NCBI GenBank assembly: GCA_964603025.1
Contig: CAZRTO010000001.1
Span: 8,428-72,427, forward strand
Direction of reading: 5' to 3'
Source of the DNA: an uncultured bacterium
Lineage (GTDB): Bacteria; Margulisbacteria; WOR-1; JAKLHX01
DNA length: 64,000 nt
Shown here: in pieces, positions 18,137 through 28,408 of the stretch
Numbering within the stretch: position 1 is the stretch's first letter
Layout: each line of letters begins with the position of its first letter
The notes under the pieces: generated by a model
The model's database searches: none
Told to the model about the DNA's origin: nothing
Seen by the model: only the letters and a program-made list of their open reading frames with translations
Translations under genes and position numbers: made by a program

Positions 18137-19570
18137 CTAAAACTTTCCGGAAAGGGAAATGCTGAAAAGATCTGAATTTTCAACGGCAGCGTTAGGCTCC
18201 CGTTCGGTCCTGTAGCTGAAAGCAAGGTCCGAGTCCCTGCCGAGGGCGAACAGAAGCCCCCCTTCCAGGGTAAGCCTTGATCCGGGCTCTCCTTTGCCGA
18301 ATTTATAAGATGTCGAAAGGTCCAAAGCTCCCCTTCCAGTCAGGCTCAAGCTGTCGGCAATGGTCTTTTTTAGGCGCATGGACACGCGTCTTGCTCCGTT
18401 CGCGGCCGGTCTGTCAAAGGCGTCGTAGCCCAAAAAGCTCCACTGATCAAGAACATCTGGCTCGACAAGATATCCGGAGCCTGCAAGAGTAAAGTTCAGC
18501 CCTATATCCGTCCCGGAATTGAACAGATCGGTCATATCCAGGTCCTGAATGACGGCCATGCGGCTCTGCGTTATATCATGAAAAACACCGGCTTTTATCT
18601 GAGTGGAAGACCTCATATTGGCAAAAGGTCTCGAGACCAGCATGACAGATGGTTTAAGGTTTGTAACGGACGGGGCTGAAACATTAGGGTTCTGATAGAA
18701 ATAATCCCCCGCAAATGACAGCACCCCCGAGTTAAGAACGGCTATTTTATCAAAAGGCAGGGAAATTTTTCCGCTTATCCGGCTGACTCCCACCTGTCCC
18801 GGCGCTGACGGGTCCGAGGGATCGACCATATGGGCATAATACCCTATTTGTCCCTCAAGGAAATAAATTCTTGAAGAGAGGCTCATCCCGGGATAAGGTC
18901 TGTCATACACCCGTCCGTATTCCGAAGGGAATGCGGAAGCTCCGGAAAGATGGCGTTGAGGTCCGGGTCCATAAGCAGCCCTCAACAAGACCGGAACGCC
19001 CAAGTTCGCATGAAATTCGCTATCCACATCAATAAGGCGCGTGAGAAGGGCTTCTCCTCCTCCGTAAAACCCGCCGTCCATGGTATCCAAAGTAACCCTG
19101 ACCTTGCCCGCATTGTCCATATGTGAAAGCGCTGAGGCTATCAGCCGGTAGTTAAATGACGTCGTTTTCAGTCCTGATATCGACGACATAATGCGTGTCT
19201 CAAAAGCCCCTGAGAAAGAAATGCTGCCTGACGAAGGCTGTTTCATAACCCTGATCTCGGATTTGAGCTCCGAAGCCATCTTGTCAAAAGCGGCATACCC
19301 AAGGCTGTCGGCCATCTTCGCCAGAAATACCGCGGTCTCGTATCTTGTGAGAGGCTTTGTCCCTCGGAAAGTACCGTCCGGAAAACCCTGAGTGACCCCC
19401 ATGTTGACCAGTTTGTACACGGATGGAGCCGCCCAGTGCGAGTCCGGCATGTCACGGAACTTGAATTCTTCGGTGCCGCCCCCGGTCACCACCGGAAAAG
19501 ATTCCTGCGCAAATGCGCAAGACGCAAGGACCACTATCAGCATAACGGCATGCAACGATCTCTTCTTCAT
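18137..19570 (-). CDS. outer-membrane beta-barrel porin with N-terminal S-layer-homology (SLH) domain (OmpM/Slp-like)
   Basis: Start at MKKRSLHAV (ATG at 19570, RBS GGAGG). Signal peptide, an SLH motif WAAPSVYKLVNMGVTQGFPDGTFRGTKPLTRYETAVFLAKM, then a region of alternating hydrophobic residues ending in a C-terminal aromatic. Confidence 0.7.
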   Translation of the reverse strand: MKKRSLHAVMLIVVLASCAFAQESFPVVTGGGTEEFKFRDMPDSHWAAPSVYKLVNMGVTQGFPDGTFRGTKPLTRYETAVFLAKMADSLGYAAFDKMASELKSEIRVMKQPSSGSISFSGAFETRIMSSISGLKTTSFNYRLIASALSHMDNAGKVRVTLDTMDGGFYGGGEALLTRLIDVDSEFHANLGVPVLLRAAYGPGPQRHLSGASAFPSEYGRVYDRPYPGMSLSSRIYFLEGQIGYYAHMVDPSDPSAPGQVGVSRISGKISLPFDKIAVLNSGVLSFAGDYFYQNPNVSAPSVTNLKPSVMLVSRPFANMRSSTQIKAGVFHDITQSRMAVIQDLDMTDLFNSGTDIGLNFTLAGSGYLVEPDVLDQWSFLGYDAFDRPAANGARRVSMRLKKTIADSLSLTGRGALDLSTSYKFGKGEPGSRLTLEGGLLFALGRDSDLAFSYRTEREPNAAVENSDLFSISLSGKF

Positions 19571-19598
19571 AGAACGCTTACCTCCGATCAATAAGCTA

Positions 19599-20729
19599 TC
19601 AGCTCCCGTAGGCCTTCGATATTATTATGCGGGCAATATCAAAGACCGCCTTTGGATTGCTGATGCGGGATATTTTTTTCTTAAAAGCGGAATGGAACGA
19701 GGGCTTCAAAAAGTCCATGAGGCAGGTCCCGATCCTATTGATATCCCTGCAGATAACACCCACGCCGCTGTCAACCACATATTTCACATTCCCTTCTTCC
19801 TGTCCGGGAAGCCAGCTGGTTATTATCAGCGGAAGTTCTTTGGCAAGGGCTTCGGCTATAGAGCCCGGACCGGCCTTGGTTATGACAAGATCTGAAGCCC
19901 CCATGATATCAGGGACTTCATTGGTAAAGCCGTAAACCTTGATCGGGAACGGCAAAGCGGGAGAAGTCTTTTCAAGATCTCTTTTGAGCTTTTGGTTGCG
20001 CCCGGCGATAACTACCATTTGTATCCGCGGGGTCTCCCGGGCAATGAACTTTACGATCTTCTTCATGTTGCCCCCGCCCTCTCCACCGCCCATCAGCAGC
20101 ACCGTAAAAAGGTCCTGAGCCAACCCCATGTCGCGTCTCAGGATCTTCTTATCCCTTGTGCTTTTGATGAACTTGGGATCGATGGGCAATCCTATCACCT
20201 GTACCCTTGACTGATCGGCACCGTACTTAATACAGGCCAAACGGGCCTCTTCGGTGGCCACGATTATCCGGTCCGCTTCGTTGCAGACCCATGCCCTGTG
20301 CAGGCTCACCGGGTCGGTCACCACGGTAATGAGCGGAACAACGTGTCCGGCAAGCCCCATGGACCTTATGGTTATATGATTCAAAAGAGGATGAACGGAC
20401 ACGATAAGATCTGGTTTTCTTTTTGAGATGAGACGGGCAAGCTCCTTCTCGAGAAAAGGCCTTGCCATTTTTTCCATCTGCTGGACCTTTTTGATATCGT
20501 TGAACCAGTAATAGAGCATTCCCCACATCTTGGGAGAATACTTGATCACCGGAGCATAAAGCTTGGCAAGAATATTCAAAAACCCGCTGCATTCTGCAAA
20601 AACATCCACCATTTCCTGTACCGGCGGATCGTTCTTCTTTAGTTCCTCGACAGTCTTGATCAGCGCCGCGGCCGCGCTCCGGTGTCCGCCGCCCGTATCA
20701 GAAAAAAGGTATAGTATCTTTTTCTTCAT
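19599..20729 (-). CDS. MGDG-synthase-like / MurG-like glycosyltransferase family 28 (diacylglycerol glycosyltransferase)
   Basis: Start at MKKKILYLFSDTGGGHRSAA. GT28 N- and C-terminal domains. Confidence 0.7.
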   Translation of the reverse strand: MKKKILYLFSDTGGGHRSAAAALIKTVEELKKNDPPVQEMVDVFAECSGFLNILAKLYAPVIKYSPKMWGMLYYWFNDIKKVQQMEKMARPFLEKELARLISKRKPDLIVSVHPLLNHITIRSMGLAGHVVPLITVVTDPVSLHRAWVCNEADRIIVATEEARLACIKYGADQSRVQVIGLPIDPKFIKSTRDKKILRRDMGLAQDLFTVLLMGGGEGGGNMKKIVKFIARETPRIQMVVIAGRNQKLKRDLEKTSPALPFPIKVYGFTNEVPDIMGASDLVITKAGPGSIAEALAKELPLIITSWLPGQEEGNVKYVVDSGVGVICRDINRIGTCLMDFLKPSFHSAFKKKISRISNPKAVFDIARIIISKAYGS

Positions 20730-21718
20730 TTTTTGTAGCCTTCGGGGTGCTCTCTCATCCATGCCCAAGTGTCCGAAATGATCTTTTCAATATCGGAATT
20801 CTCGGCTTTCCAGCCGAGCTCAGAGAATATCTTTTCGGAGCTTGCTATCAGCGCCGGCGGGTCCCCGGGCCTCCGCGGGCACAGCAGAGCATCTATCTTT
20901 TTCCCCGTTACTTTCTCCGCTGCTGCAACTATCTCTTTTACGGAAAACCCCTTCTCGCTGCCGAGATTATAGATGGAGCTTTCGGCGCTGGGACCAAAAA
21001 GCTTTTTCAAGGCCAGTATATGGGCCCTTGCAAGGTCCTTTACATGTATATAGTCGCGTATGCATGTTCCGTCGCGTGTCGGATAATCCGAACCGAATAT
21101 CGATACGCTCTTGTTCTTTCCGGAAGCCGCGCAAAGCACCAGCGGGATGAGGTGGGTCTCCACCGACCTGTCCTCGCCCAGATCGTTGTCAAGATCGGCC
21201 CCCGAAGCATTGAAATATCTCAGGCTCACATACTTGATGCCGTAAGCAAGGTCATACCATTTTACATACTGCTCGACAATAAGCTTGGTCTCTCCGTAGG
21301 CATTTGAAGGGGCCAGCCTGGCGGATTCGGTCACGGGGATCTCGCTGGGCTCCCCGTAAACCGCAGCGGAAGAGGAAAAAACGAATCTTTTTACGTTAGT
21401 CTCGGCCATTGCATCCAAAAGATTGAAGCTTGCAAGGATGTTATTGGCAAAATACTTGGAAGGATCTGCCATCGACTCCGGGACTATAGTATAAGCGGCA
21501 AAATGAAGGACCGCGTCGAACTTCTCGCTACTCATAGCGGACAAAATATCCGACTTTTCCCTGAGGTCCCCCACTATAAGCTTGACGCCTTCCGGAATGG
21601 TCTGTTTATGGCCGCATGAAAGGTTATCAAAGATCACCACCTCAAAACCAGCTCTGCGAAGCTGGCGTACGGTCACGCCGCCTATGAAACCTGCTCCGCC
21701 GGTAACAAGTACCTTCAC
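20726..21718 (-). CDS. galE: UDP-glucose 4-epimerase
   Basis: 330 aa. VTGGAGFIGG Rossmann fold, YxxxK catalytic motif, SDR-extended. Confidence 0.85.
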   Translation of the reverse strand: MKVLVTGGAGFIGGVTVRQLRRAGFEVVIFDNLSCGHKQTIPEGVKLIVGDLREKSDILSAMSSEKFDAVLHFAAYTIVPESMADPSKYFANNILASFNLLDAMAETNVKRFVFSSSAAVYGEPSEIPVTESARLAPSNAYGETKLIVEQYVKWYDLAYGIKYVSLRYFNASGADLDNDLGEDRSVETHLIPLVLCAASGKNKSVSIFGSDYPTRDGTCIRDYIHVKDLARAHILALKKLFGPSAESSIYNLGSEKGFSVKEIVAAAEKVTGKKIDALLCPRRPGDPPALIASSEKIFSELGWKAENSDIEKIISDTWAWMREHPEGYKK

Positions 21719-22875
21719 GCCTTTTTCCTTTCTAGGACCGCCCTATAAACGGCTTCTATCCTGTCCCCTATGGCCTTCCAGTTGTATTTCTCCTCTACCA
21801 GGCGTCTTCCGTGGGTGCCCATGCTTTTTGCAAGTCCGGGATCCTTGAGAATCTTGACGATCGCGCCCGCGAGGGCCTGCGGATCGCGGGGTTCTACAAG
21901 CAGACCGTTCTTGCCTTCATCCATCACGTTGTTAACTCCGGGAATATTGGACGCGACCACGGGAGTGTAGCAGGACATCGCCTCCAATTGCACTATGCCG
22001 AAAGCTTCTAGCCTGTTGATGGACGGAAAGACGAACATAGCGCTCGTGGAATAGAGCTCGACCATCTCATCAATGTTGACCTTGCCTCGGAATTCTATAT
22101 GGTCCCTTACTCCCACCCGGTCTATATAGGATTCGACATGCGGCTTTTCCTCTCCTTCGCCGCAGATAACGAATTTTGCGTCCGGGACTTCCTTGAGCAC
22201 AAGAGGAATGGCATGTACCAGATAATCGATCCCCTTGTTGGCCGCGAGACGCCCGAGAAAAAGCACCTTCTTCCTGTCCCTTTTCTCTTCGGTGATCCCC
22301 TGTTTGGCCCTGGAAGCGTCAAACATCTCATAATGGATGCCTATGGGTATCGCGTGGTGGGGAAAATGCTTCATTACAGGTGAAGTGGAAGCATAGCTTT
22401 CGGTAGTGGTTATTATCGCGTCAACCCTGGGAAGCACCATTTTGGCATATAGATTTGTCAAGAACTCGACAGATCTGATAACGAATCGCGGCATCCTGAC
22501 CCCGAGGAACTTTTCAGACATGGTGGTATCACAGTGATAGGTAACGACATGGGGTATCTTGAGCCTGTCACGCACAGCTCTCGTAAAGCCGAACGACGGA
22601 CAGTGCGTATGCACAAGGTCAAAGCCATCAAGCATCTTTAGATTGAACTCCAAAGACACCGGCAGATACACAAAGTTCATCGCGTTGAGACGCTTTATGG
22701 TTATACCGTCCGATCTTTCTTCGGACGGAGCTCCTGCCTCTTTCGGGACATTATTCGTGATCACCGTCACATCGTGACCTCTTGAAGCAAGCTCCACAGA
22801 AAGGTCTTTCACATATTTTTCCGTGCCTCCGAAATGCGGAAAAAAATACGGGACAAGCATGGCTATCTTCATCAC
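21715..22875 (-). CDS. glycosyltransferase family 4
   Basis: 386 aa. GT4 EX7E-type C-terminal domain and a Glyco_trans_4 N-terminal domain. Confidence 0.8.
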   Translation of the reverse strand: MMKIAMLVPYFFPHFGGTEKYVKDLSVELASRGHDVTVITNNVPKEAGAPSEERSDGITIKRLNAMNFVYLPVSLEFNLKMLDGFDLVHTHCPSFGFTRAVRDRLKIPHVVTYHCDTTMSEKFLGVRMPRFVIRSVEFLTNLYAKMVLPRVDAIITTTESYASTSPVMKHFPHHAIPIGIHYEMFDASRAKQGITEEKRDRKKVLFLGRLAANKGIDYLVHAIPLVLKEVPDAKFVICGEGEEKPHVESYIDRVGVRDHIEFRGKVNIDEMVELYSTSAMFVFPSINRLEAFGIVQLEAMSCYTPVVASNIPGVNNVMDEGKNGLLVEPRDPQALAGAIVKILKDPGLAKSMGTHGRRLVEEKYNWKAIGDRIEAVYRAVLERKKA

Positions 22876-22889
22876 GGGTCTCCTTTCTT

Positions 22890-25274
22890 TTAGCGGACAC
22901 TCCTGTAATAGAATTTTCTCTGGGCGGATTCATATAGCGGATCACAGGACGATATCCGCCTAAAATGCTCCAGAGCTTCTTTGGGCCGTTTTGTTTTCAA
23001 CAGGATCTGGGAAAGGTTGTAATTCGCGGAATTCAGATTTTTATCCGATCTGAGGGCCGACAAAAAGCTCTTTTCCGCGCCTTCCAGGTCGCCCTTGAGC
23101 GCCTGCAAAACACCTGCGTTGTTCAGGTACACCGGATGGGCGGAATCTTCTATCATAAGATTGGAGACCAAAAGCCGGGCTTTTTCCGTATCCTTGTTGC
23201 GCATATGCACTACCGCAAGGTTGTTCTGGGCAGCGAACAGCCCGGGATCCAGCTGGGAAGCCAGCGTAAAATCATCCTCGGCCTCTTTTACCTTATCCTT
23301 CATGAACTTCTCAAACCCGGAATTGTTCTGTCCCTGGCCGAAAGTGACCGACATAAGGTCCTCGTCATCCGATCTGTGGCGCCGGCCGTCCCTGCCCCAT
23401 ACTGCCTTCACGGTACCGGAATCCAGGTCGATCACAGCGGCTAGCGCCTTGTTCCTGACGGAAGCAGGGTCCGTGTTGTTCAAGTATTTTACCCTTGCGT
23501 CAAGGGATTCGAATTCCATATCCTGAGAAAGAACTTTTTCGTATAACCCAACGGATTCGGATATCAGCCCGAACGCTTCCTTGCAGCTGCCAGCCTGCGA
23601 CCAGGATATCTTTTCTGTGTCCGGGTCATCGGTCTTGTACTCGAGCATTTTTTCGAACTGCAGCAAGGCCAGATCATAGCGCCCCTGCTCCTTGAATATA
23701 ACCCCCATGAGCCTGTGGGAGGCTACAGCCCGGGTCGTGTCTTTCAGTGCGTTCTGAAGCGCTCTGGCCGCCGGATCAAGAGAGCCTCTTTTGAAAAGCA
23801 GTCTTGCAAGGTCCAGATTAAGCCCTATCCTCCAGGGATCTTGCTGTATTTTTGACCTTATCAGGGATATTTCTCTGTCAAGCTCCTTCTCGGAAACCTG
23901 TCTGTATCTGTCTTGCAGGTCCTCGTCAAAAGGTCTGAGCTTAAGTGCGGACCGCAAAGCATCCTTTGCCCTGTTGAGTATCTCTATCTTAGTATAAGCC
24001 TCCGCCAGTATCCTGTAGCCGTCAAAATTGCCGCTGTCCTTTTGGACCAGTTCTTCGGCCAGGGTTATAGCCTTGCGGTTGTCGCCGGCAACAAGAAAAG
24101 ATTCGGCCAGCACAAGGCACGGCTCGATCATGTTAGGCTCTGTCTTCAGTATCTCCCGGCATTTTTTTTCTATCTCCCGGCTTTCCGAAGGATCCAGTTT
24201 GAGTACGGCCATATACTGGGACATGGCTTCCTTTGTTTTCCCCTTTGAGAAATTAAGGTCTCCCAGGCTTTTCCTGGCCAGAGCCTGACCCGGGTAGAGT
24301 TCCAGTATTTTTTTGTACCCCATGGCACACCTGTCGGCCAGGGACGGGTCCATTTTTTCAAGGCTGCTGAACAGCTCTGCGGATTCCGAATATGCCCCCT
24401 GATCCATCAGGCACTGCGCAAGAAGGAACATTGCGTCCCTCTCATCGGGATAGGTCTGCAGCAGTCTGCGCAGAGAAGATACCACCGACTGGTTCTTTTT
24501 TGGATCGAGCTTTAAAACCCTGGCAAGCTCCGTAACGGCTTTTGCGGGCTTGAGACATCTTACATAGACTTCCGCGAGCTGTTCATGCACGAACGTGCTG
24601 TTGGGATTCATGCGGGCCAGTTCCTCGATCTTTTGGGTCACTTCGCTTATGACCTCCGGATCGTCGTCAAGCATCTGAGCGTAACGCTGAGCGGCGCTCT
24701 CGTGGTTGGAAAGCCTGATGTACAGCTCTCCCAGGGCCCTGAGCGCCCGCTTGCTGGACGGATGCATGGAAACGATCTTTTCATAGAGGTTCACGGCATC
24801 CGCGTAACGCTCCTTTTCCATATAAGCGCCCGCCAAAGATTCCAAAAGGTTTTCATCTATTTTTCCGGTTTCAAGCGCTTTTTCAAGCAGGGAGATCGCC
24901 CCGTCAACCTTGCCTATCTTAAGATAAAGCCGGCCGAATTTGTTGTATATGGCGGCCGTCTCCGGGGACAGCTCAACAAGCTCTTCAAGCTCTAGGATGG
25001 CGGAATCTATATCTCCCTGGAGAATATAAAAATCCACCAGCGCCAGGCGCGCCTGCACATTCTCGATATTATCCGATATATGTTCTTCAAAATTGACCAG
25101 GATGTCCGGCACGATCCTTGGTGAAAAGACCGCGGAAAGCCGGAAATACCTGAGAGATTCCTTGTAATTGCCCTCTTTCAAAAGACAGGCCCCCATGATC
25201 CTGTTAAGCCCCGGATCTTTGGGGTTCTTTTTAAGGGACCTTTTTGTTTCTTCGATCGACAGCACCGGCGGCAT
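22890..25274 (-). CDS. tetratricopeptide-repeat (TPR) protein
   Basis: 794 aa composed of many TPR-like helical repeats. Confidence 0.75.
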   Translation of the reverse strand: MPPVLSIEETKRSLKKNPKDPGLNRIMGACLLKEGNYKESLRYFRLSAVFSPRIVPDILVNFEEHISDNIENVQARLALVDFYILQGDIDSAILELEELVELSPETAAIYNKFGRLYLKIGKVDGAISLLEKALETGKIDENLLESLAGAYMEKERYADAVNLYEKIVSMHPSSKRALRALGELYIRLSNHESAAQRYAQMLDDDPEVISEVTQKIEELARMNPNSTFVHEQLAEVYVRCLKPAKAVTELARVLKLDPKKNQSVVSSLRRLLQTYPDERDAMFLLAQCLMDQGAYSESAELFSSLEKMDPSLADRCAMGYKKILELYPGQALARKSLGDLNFSKGKTKEAMSQYMAVLKLDPSESREIEKKCREILKTEPNMIEPCLVLAESFLVAGDNRKAITLAEELVQKDSGNFDGYRILAEAYTKIEILNRAKDALRSALKLRPFDEDLQDRYRQVSEKELDREISLIRSKIQQDPWRIGLNLDLARLLFKRGSLDPAARALQNALKDTTRAVASHRLMGVIFKEQGRYDLALLQFEKMLEYKTDDPDTEKISWSQAGSCKEAFGLISESVGLYEKVLSQDMEFESLDARVKYLNNTDPASVRNKALAAVIDLDSGTVKAVWGRDGRRHRSDDEDLMSVTFGQGQNNSGFEKFMKDKVKEAEDDFTLASQLDPGLFAAQNNLAVVHMRNKDTEKARLLVSNLMIEDSAHPVYLNNAGVLQALKGDLEGAEKSFLSALRSDKNLNSANYNLSQILLKTKRPKEALEHFRRISSCDPLYESAQRKFYYRSVR

Positions 25275-26347
25275 TAGCGTCTTGCCTCCCTATAAATAAG
25301 AATTATACCAAACAAAGCGACAAGTGCCGGGGGGAACCAGGCCGCTGCCAGAGGTGATATCATGCCTCCCCGTCCCATCGAACGGAAAACCGAAGCAAAA
25401 ACATAAAAGCTGAAGACTATGACCACGGATATGACAAAGCCCCACGATTTACCGGCTCTCTGGGCCGGGATGCTCAGCGGTATACCCAGGAGCGCGAATA
25501 CCAGTGTGGTAGACGGAATAGAGAACTTCATGAAGAGATCAGTGGCCAGAGCCGCGGTGCTTACCCCTCCCCTGTCCATCTGGGCTATCAGCGCCTTGAG
25601 CTCGGCGCTGTTCATTTCGTCCGTCGTCTTCTGCTGCGAAAATCGCATAACGTCCTCTTCCACCAGTATGTCCGCCTCGGCAAACGCGGCCTCATACTTG
25701 AGGCTCCCTGTCTCGTCAAAGCTGTGTATGACCCCGTCGGTGAGCTTCCACTTGCCGCCGTCAGGCACAGCCTTTTTGGCGGTTATTATCCTGGGGAACG
25801 GAGCTCCGGTAAGCTCATACACCATCACTTCCTCAAGCACCGAGTTCCTGTTGGACACCCTGCGGACGTAGTAATGCCTTCCGAACGAATCTTTGAAGAA
25901 CACGTTCTCCTTGATATCCGTGACGGGTTGTTTGTATATTATCTGCCGTATGATCCCGTCCGATATCTTGTTGGTGAGAGGGACCAGGGACTCATTTGTG
26001 AAAAAAGCCATAACGCTTATGGCTATCGATATCAGGACCACCGGAACGGTTATCCTGAAAAAGCTGATCCCCGACGTCCTCATCGCCGCCAGCTCATTCT
26101 CCCGGGACAGCCTCCCGAGCACCAGAGCCGCGGCAAAGAGGAACGAAACGGGGAACGTGAGTACCATTATTGCCGGTAATTTGTATATTATGAGCCGAAC
26201 GATCGCCCAGACGGGTATGCCCTTGTTGATGATCATATCGACGAAGGTAAAGAGCAGATCCGTCGTCATGATCAGGACAAAGCCCGCAATGCCCAGCAAA
26301 AAAGGAGAAACCAGTTCGCCGGCCAAATAACGGTCAAGGATTTTCAT
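25274..26347 (-). CDS. LPS export ABC transporter permease, LptF/LptG (YjgP/YjgQ) family
   Basis: 357 aa. MKILDRYLAGE start, six TM segments and a periplasmic beta-jellyroll insert. Confidence 0.8.
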   Translation of the reverse strand: MKILDRYLAGELVSPFLLGIAGFVLIMTTDLLFTFVDMIINKGIPVWAIVRLIIYKLPAIMVLTFPVSFLFAAALVLGRLSRENELAAMRTSGISFFRITVPVVLISIAISVMAFFTNESLVPLTNKISDGIIRQIIYKQPVTDIKENVFFKDSFGRHYYVRRVSNRNSVLEEVMVYELTGAPFPRIITAKKAVPDGGKWKLTDGVIHSFDETGSLKYEAAFAEADILVEEDVMRFSQQKTTDEMNSAELKALIAQMDRGGVSTAALATDLFMKFSIPSTTLVFALLGIPLSIPAQRAGKSWGFVISVVIVFSFYVFASVFRSMGRGGMISPLAAAWFPPALVALFGIILIYREARR

Positions 26348-26544
26348 TGAAAGTCAGCTTCTCTTTGCCGCCTTTTCTCTCGTTTTATTGCCTGAGCAAG
26401 TTCTCTTCTTTTTTTCTGAGAAGGTTTTTCGTAGAACTCTCTTCTTTTCATTTCCTCGAGCAAACCTTCTTTTCTCAGCTTGCTCTTGAATTTTCTCAGG
26501 GCCTTGTCGATAGGTTCATCCCTTCGGACCTCTATCCTAGTCAA
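26344..26544 (-). CDS. rpsU: 30S ribosomal protein S21
   Basis: 66 aa. TTG start with RBS AAGGGAGGG. Basic C-terminal tail. Confidence 0.85.
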   Translation of the reverse strand: MTRIEVRRDEPIDKALRKFKSKLRKEGLLEEMKRREFYEKPSQKKRRELAQAIKREKRRQREADFQ

Positions 26545-26584
26545 AAATATCCCTCCCTTTTTATATGATCTTTAAGCATTTTCC

Positions 26585-26929
26585 CTAGCCGGGGGGCCAA
26601 AACATCTGACGTCCGGCCAGGAGGTGAAAATGCAGGTGGTCCACGGTCTGACCTCCTGCGCTTCCGGAATTGGCCACCACGCGGAACCCGTTGCTGAAGG
26701 CCCCGGAAGTATCCTTACTAATGATAGCATTTATCGCGGCAAATATTTCGGCAAATACGCCGGGATCGGCGGCTTTTTCCACGCCGCCTATGTGCTTAAC
26801 GGGTATAACCACTATATGCACCGGAGCCTGAGGGTTTATATCACGGAAGGCCACGGTGTTTTCGTCCCTGTGGACGATATCGGACTGTAAAGAACCCGAG
26901 GCTATCCTGCAAAATATGCAATCACTCAT
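26585..26929 (-). CDS. HIT-family (histidine triad) nucleotide hydrolase
   Basis: 114 aa. Histidine-triad motif HxHxHxx (DHLHFHLLAG). Confidence 0.8.
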   Translation of the reverse strand: MSDCIFCRIASGSLQSDIVHRDENTVAFRDINPQAPVHIVVIPVKHIGGVEKAADPGVFAEIFAAINAIISKDTSGAFSNGFRVVANSGSAGGQTVDHLHFHLLAGRQMFWPPG

Positions 26930-27605
26930 CAGGCCCTTCCCCTTTTTCCTTTTTACTGCAGGGCGACTCGTACTTGAGACAGCACAGGAATTTACCGCAG
27001 AGCCCGCAGATCTTGGACTGGTTTATGGCTATCCCCTGCTCTTTCAGCATTTTTACCGATACGTGCGGAAACTCGACGAGAAAAGACGCGCAGCAGACCT
27101 TTCTTCCGCATGGGCCTATGCCTGATTTAAGACGCGCCTGTTCGCGGGGGCCCAGCGAATGGAGCTCTATCTTGCGACCCGATTGCGCTGACAGGTCTTT
27201 GGTAAACTGACGGCTGGAAAAAGTCTTTTTCGGGTCCAGGACCTTGTAGTAATAGATGACCTTGCTCTCGTCAAAAAGCAGCTCTGTCTCCAGTATCCTT
27301 ATAGGAAGGTCCAGTTCCGCTATTTTTTTCTTCGCGTCAGCCGCTGCCGCCTTCTCCTTTTCCTGGAGGGCAGAGGCCTTTTGTACATCGTCCGGCGTGG
27401 CATAGCGGACGACCTTTTTCAGTTTGATCTCTGCCCCTATATGCAGCTGTTTTTCACAGATCATTTTGACGATCCTGCCATATTCCAGCCCGCGGCCGGT
27501 CTCAGCCACGACATAGCTGCCGATGTTAAGAGAATCCTCTTTATAGCCGGTAATGGGTATGGTATTGCCGAATTTTCTGAACATTATGCCGAGCATTTTA
27601 TCCAA
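26922..27605 (-). CDS. ricT: PSP1/RicT (YaaT)-family protein
   Basis: 227 aa. C-terminal cysteine pattern CGRKVCCASF...CGLCGKFLCCLKYE. Lies in the holB-yaaT synteny known from Firmicutes. Confidence 0.7.
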   Translation of the reverse strand: MDKMLGIMFRKFGNTIPITGYKEDSLNIGSYVVAETGRGLEYGRIVKMICEKQLHIGAEIKLKKVVRYATPDDVQKASALQEKEKAAAADAKKKIAELDLPIRILETELLFDESKVIYYYKVLDPKKTFSSRQFTKDLSAQSGRKIELHSLGPREQARLKSGIGPCGRKVCCASFLVEFPHVSVKMLKEQGIAINQSKICGLCGKFLCCLKYESPCSKKEKGEGPDE

Positions 27606-28387
27606 CCTCCCAGACTAAGGACCATTCGGTCCATAAGTATCTTTATATTCGCGTTCTTTTTCAGGTCTTTTATCGCGGACATTACGATCCTCGCCTTAGG
27701 AATCTCCCCCTTGCCGAAAAAATGCAGAACAAGGGCCTTCAACCTGTCCTCCGCCTCCTGTCTTTCGTTCTCTTTAGGAAGCCTGGCCAGATCGGACGAG
27801 AACATAAGAAGTGAAGGGATATCATATCCCTTGGGCAGTTCGCACTCCGCCTGCGCGTCCTTGGGCTGGTTAGCGAAGACTATTTTTTGGCATCTGGACA
27901 GGACCGTTTTAGGGATATTGTCCGACGACGCGATAAGGATGAACACAACCCCTTGCGGCGGTTCCTCCAGGACCTTTAAAAAACTGTTGGCCGCAGCGTC
28001 CTCAATGCAGTCGGCGTCAACTATTCTTATCACCAGGGATCTCCCCTCCACAGGACCCAGCTTTACACGCTCCTTGAGGTCACGCACCGCATCTATCTTG
28101 ATTATCCTTTTTTTGCCCTCGGGAAGAAGCGTTATAAAATCCGGATGTGTCCCGGAAGCTATTTTTTTACAGCTGAGGCAGGTCCCGCAGGCCTCTCCGC
28201 AGTTGAGCAGCCTGGCAAACTCTTCGGCAAAAGCGGACATCTCACCGATATCCTGCCCCTGAAAAAGATACGCGCAGGCGACTTTCGAGGCTGCGTGCGC
28301 CCCCAAAAGCATTTTTTTCGCGCGAGGCTCTCCTTTTATCAGATCAAAGACCATTGATGTGTAGATTATAACACGGCTGAAAATCAA
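27584..28387 (-). CDS. holB: DNA polymerase III subunit delta'
   Basis: AAA+ clamp-loader fold with AYLFQGQ, a Zn-module CxxC...CxxC, and SRC. The start is uncertain; it could be Met13 at 28351. Confidence 0.75.
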   Translation of the reverse strand: MIFSRVIIYTSMVFDLIKGEPRAKKMLLGAHAASKVACAYLFQGQDIGEMSAFAEEFARLLNCGEACGTCLSCKKIASGTHPDFITLLPEGKKRIIKIDAVRDLKERVKLGPVEGRSLVIRIVDADCIEDAAANSFLKVLEEPPQGVVFILIASSDNIPKTVLSRCQKIVFANQPKDAQAECELPKGYDIPSLLMFSSDLARLPKENERQEAEDRLKALVLHFFGKGEIPKARIVMSAIKDLKKNANIKILMDRMVLSLGGWIKCSA

Positions 28388-28408
28388 AACCAGCCTTGGG
28401 GAAGAGCC

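Noticed and set aside
27381-28262. 293-aa plus-strand ORF
   Set aside because: Antisense to holB and ricT. Low-complexity translation. Shadow ORF.
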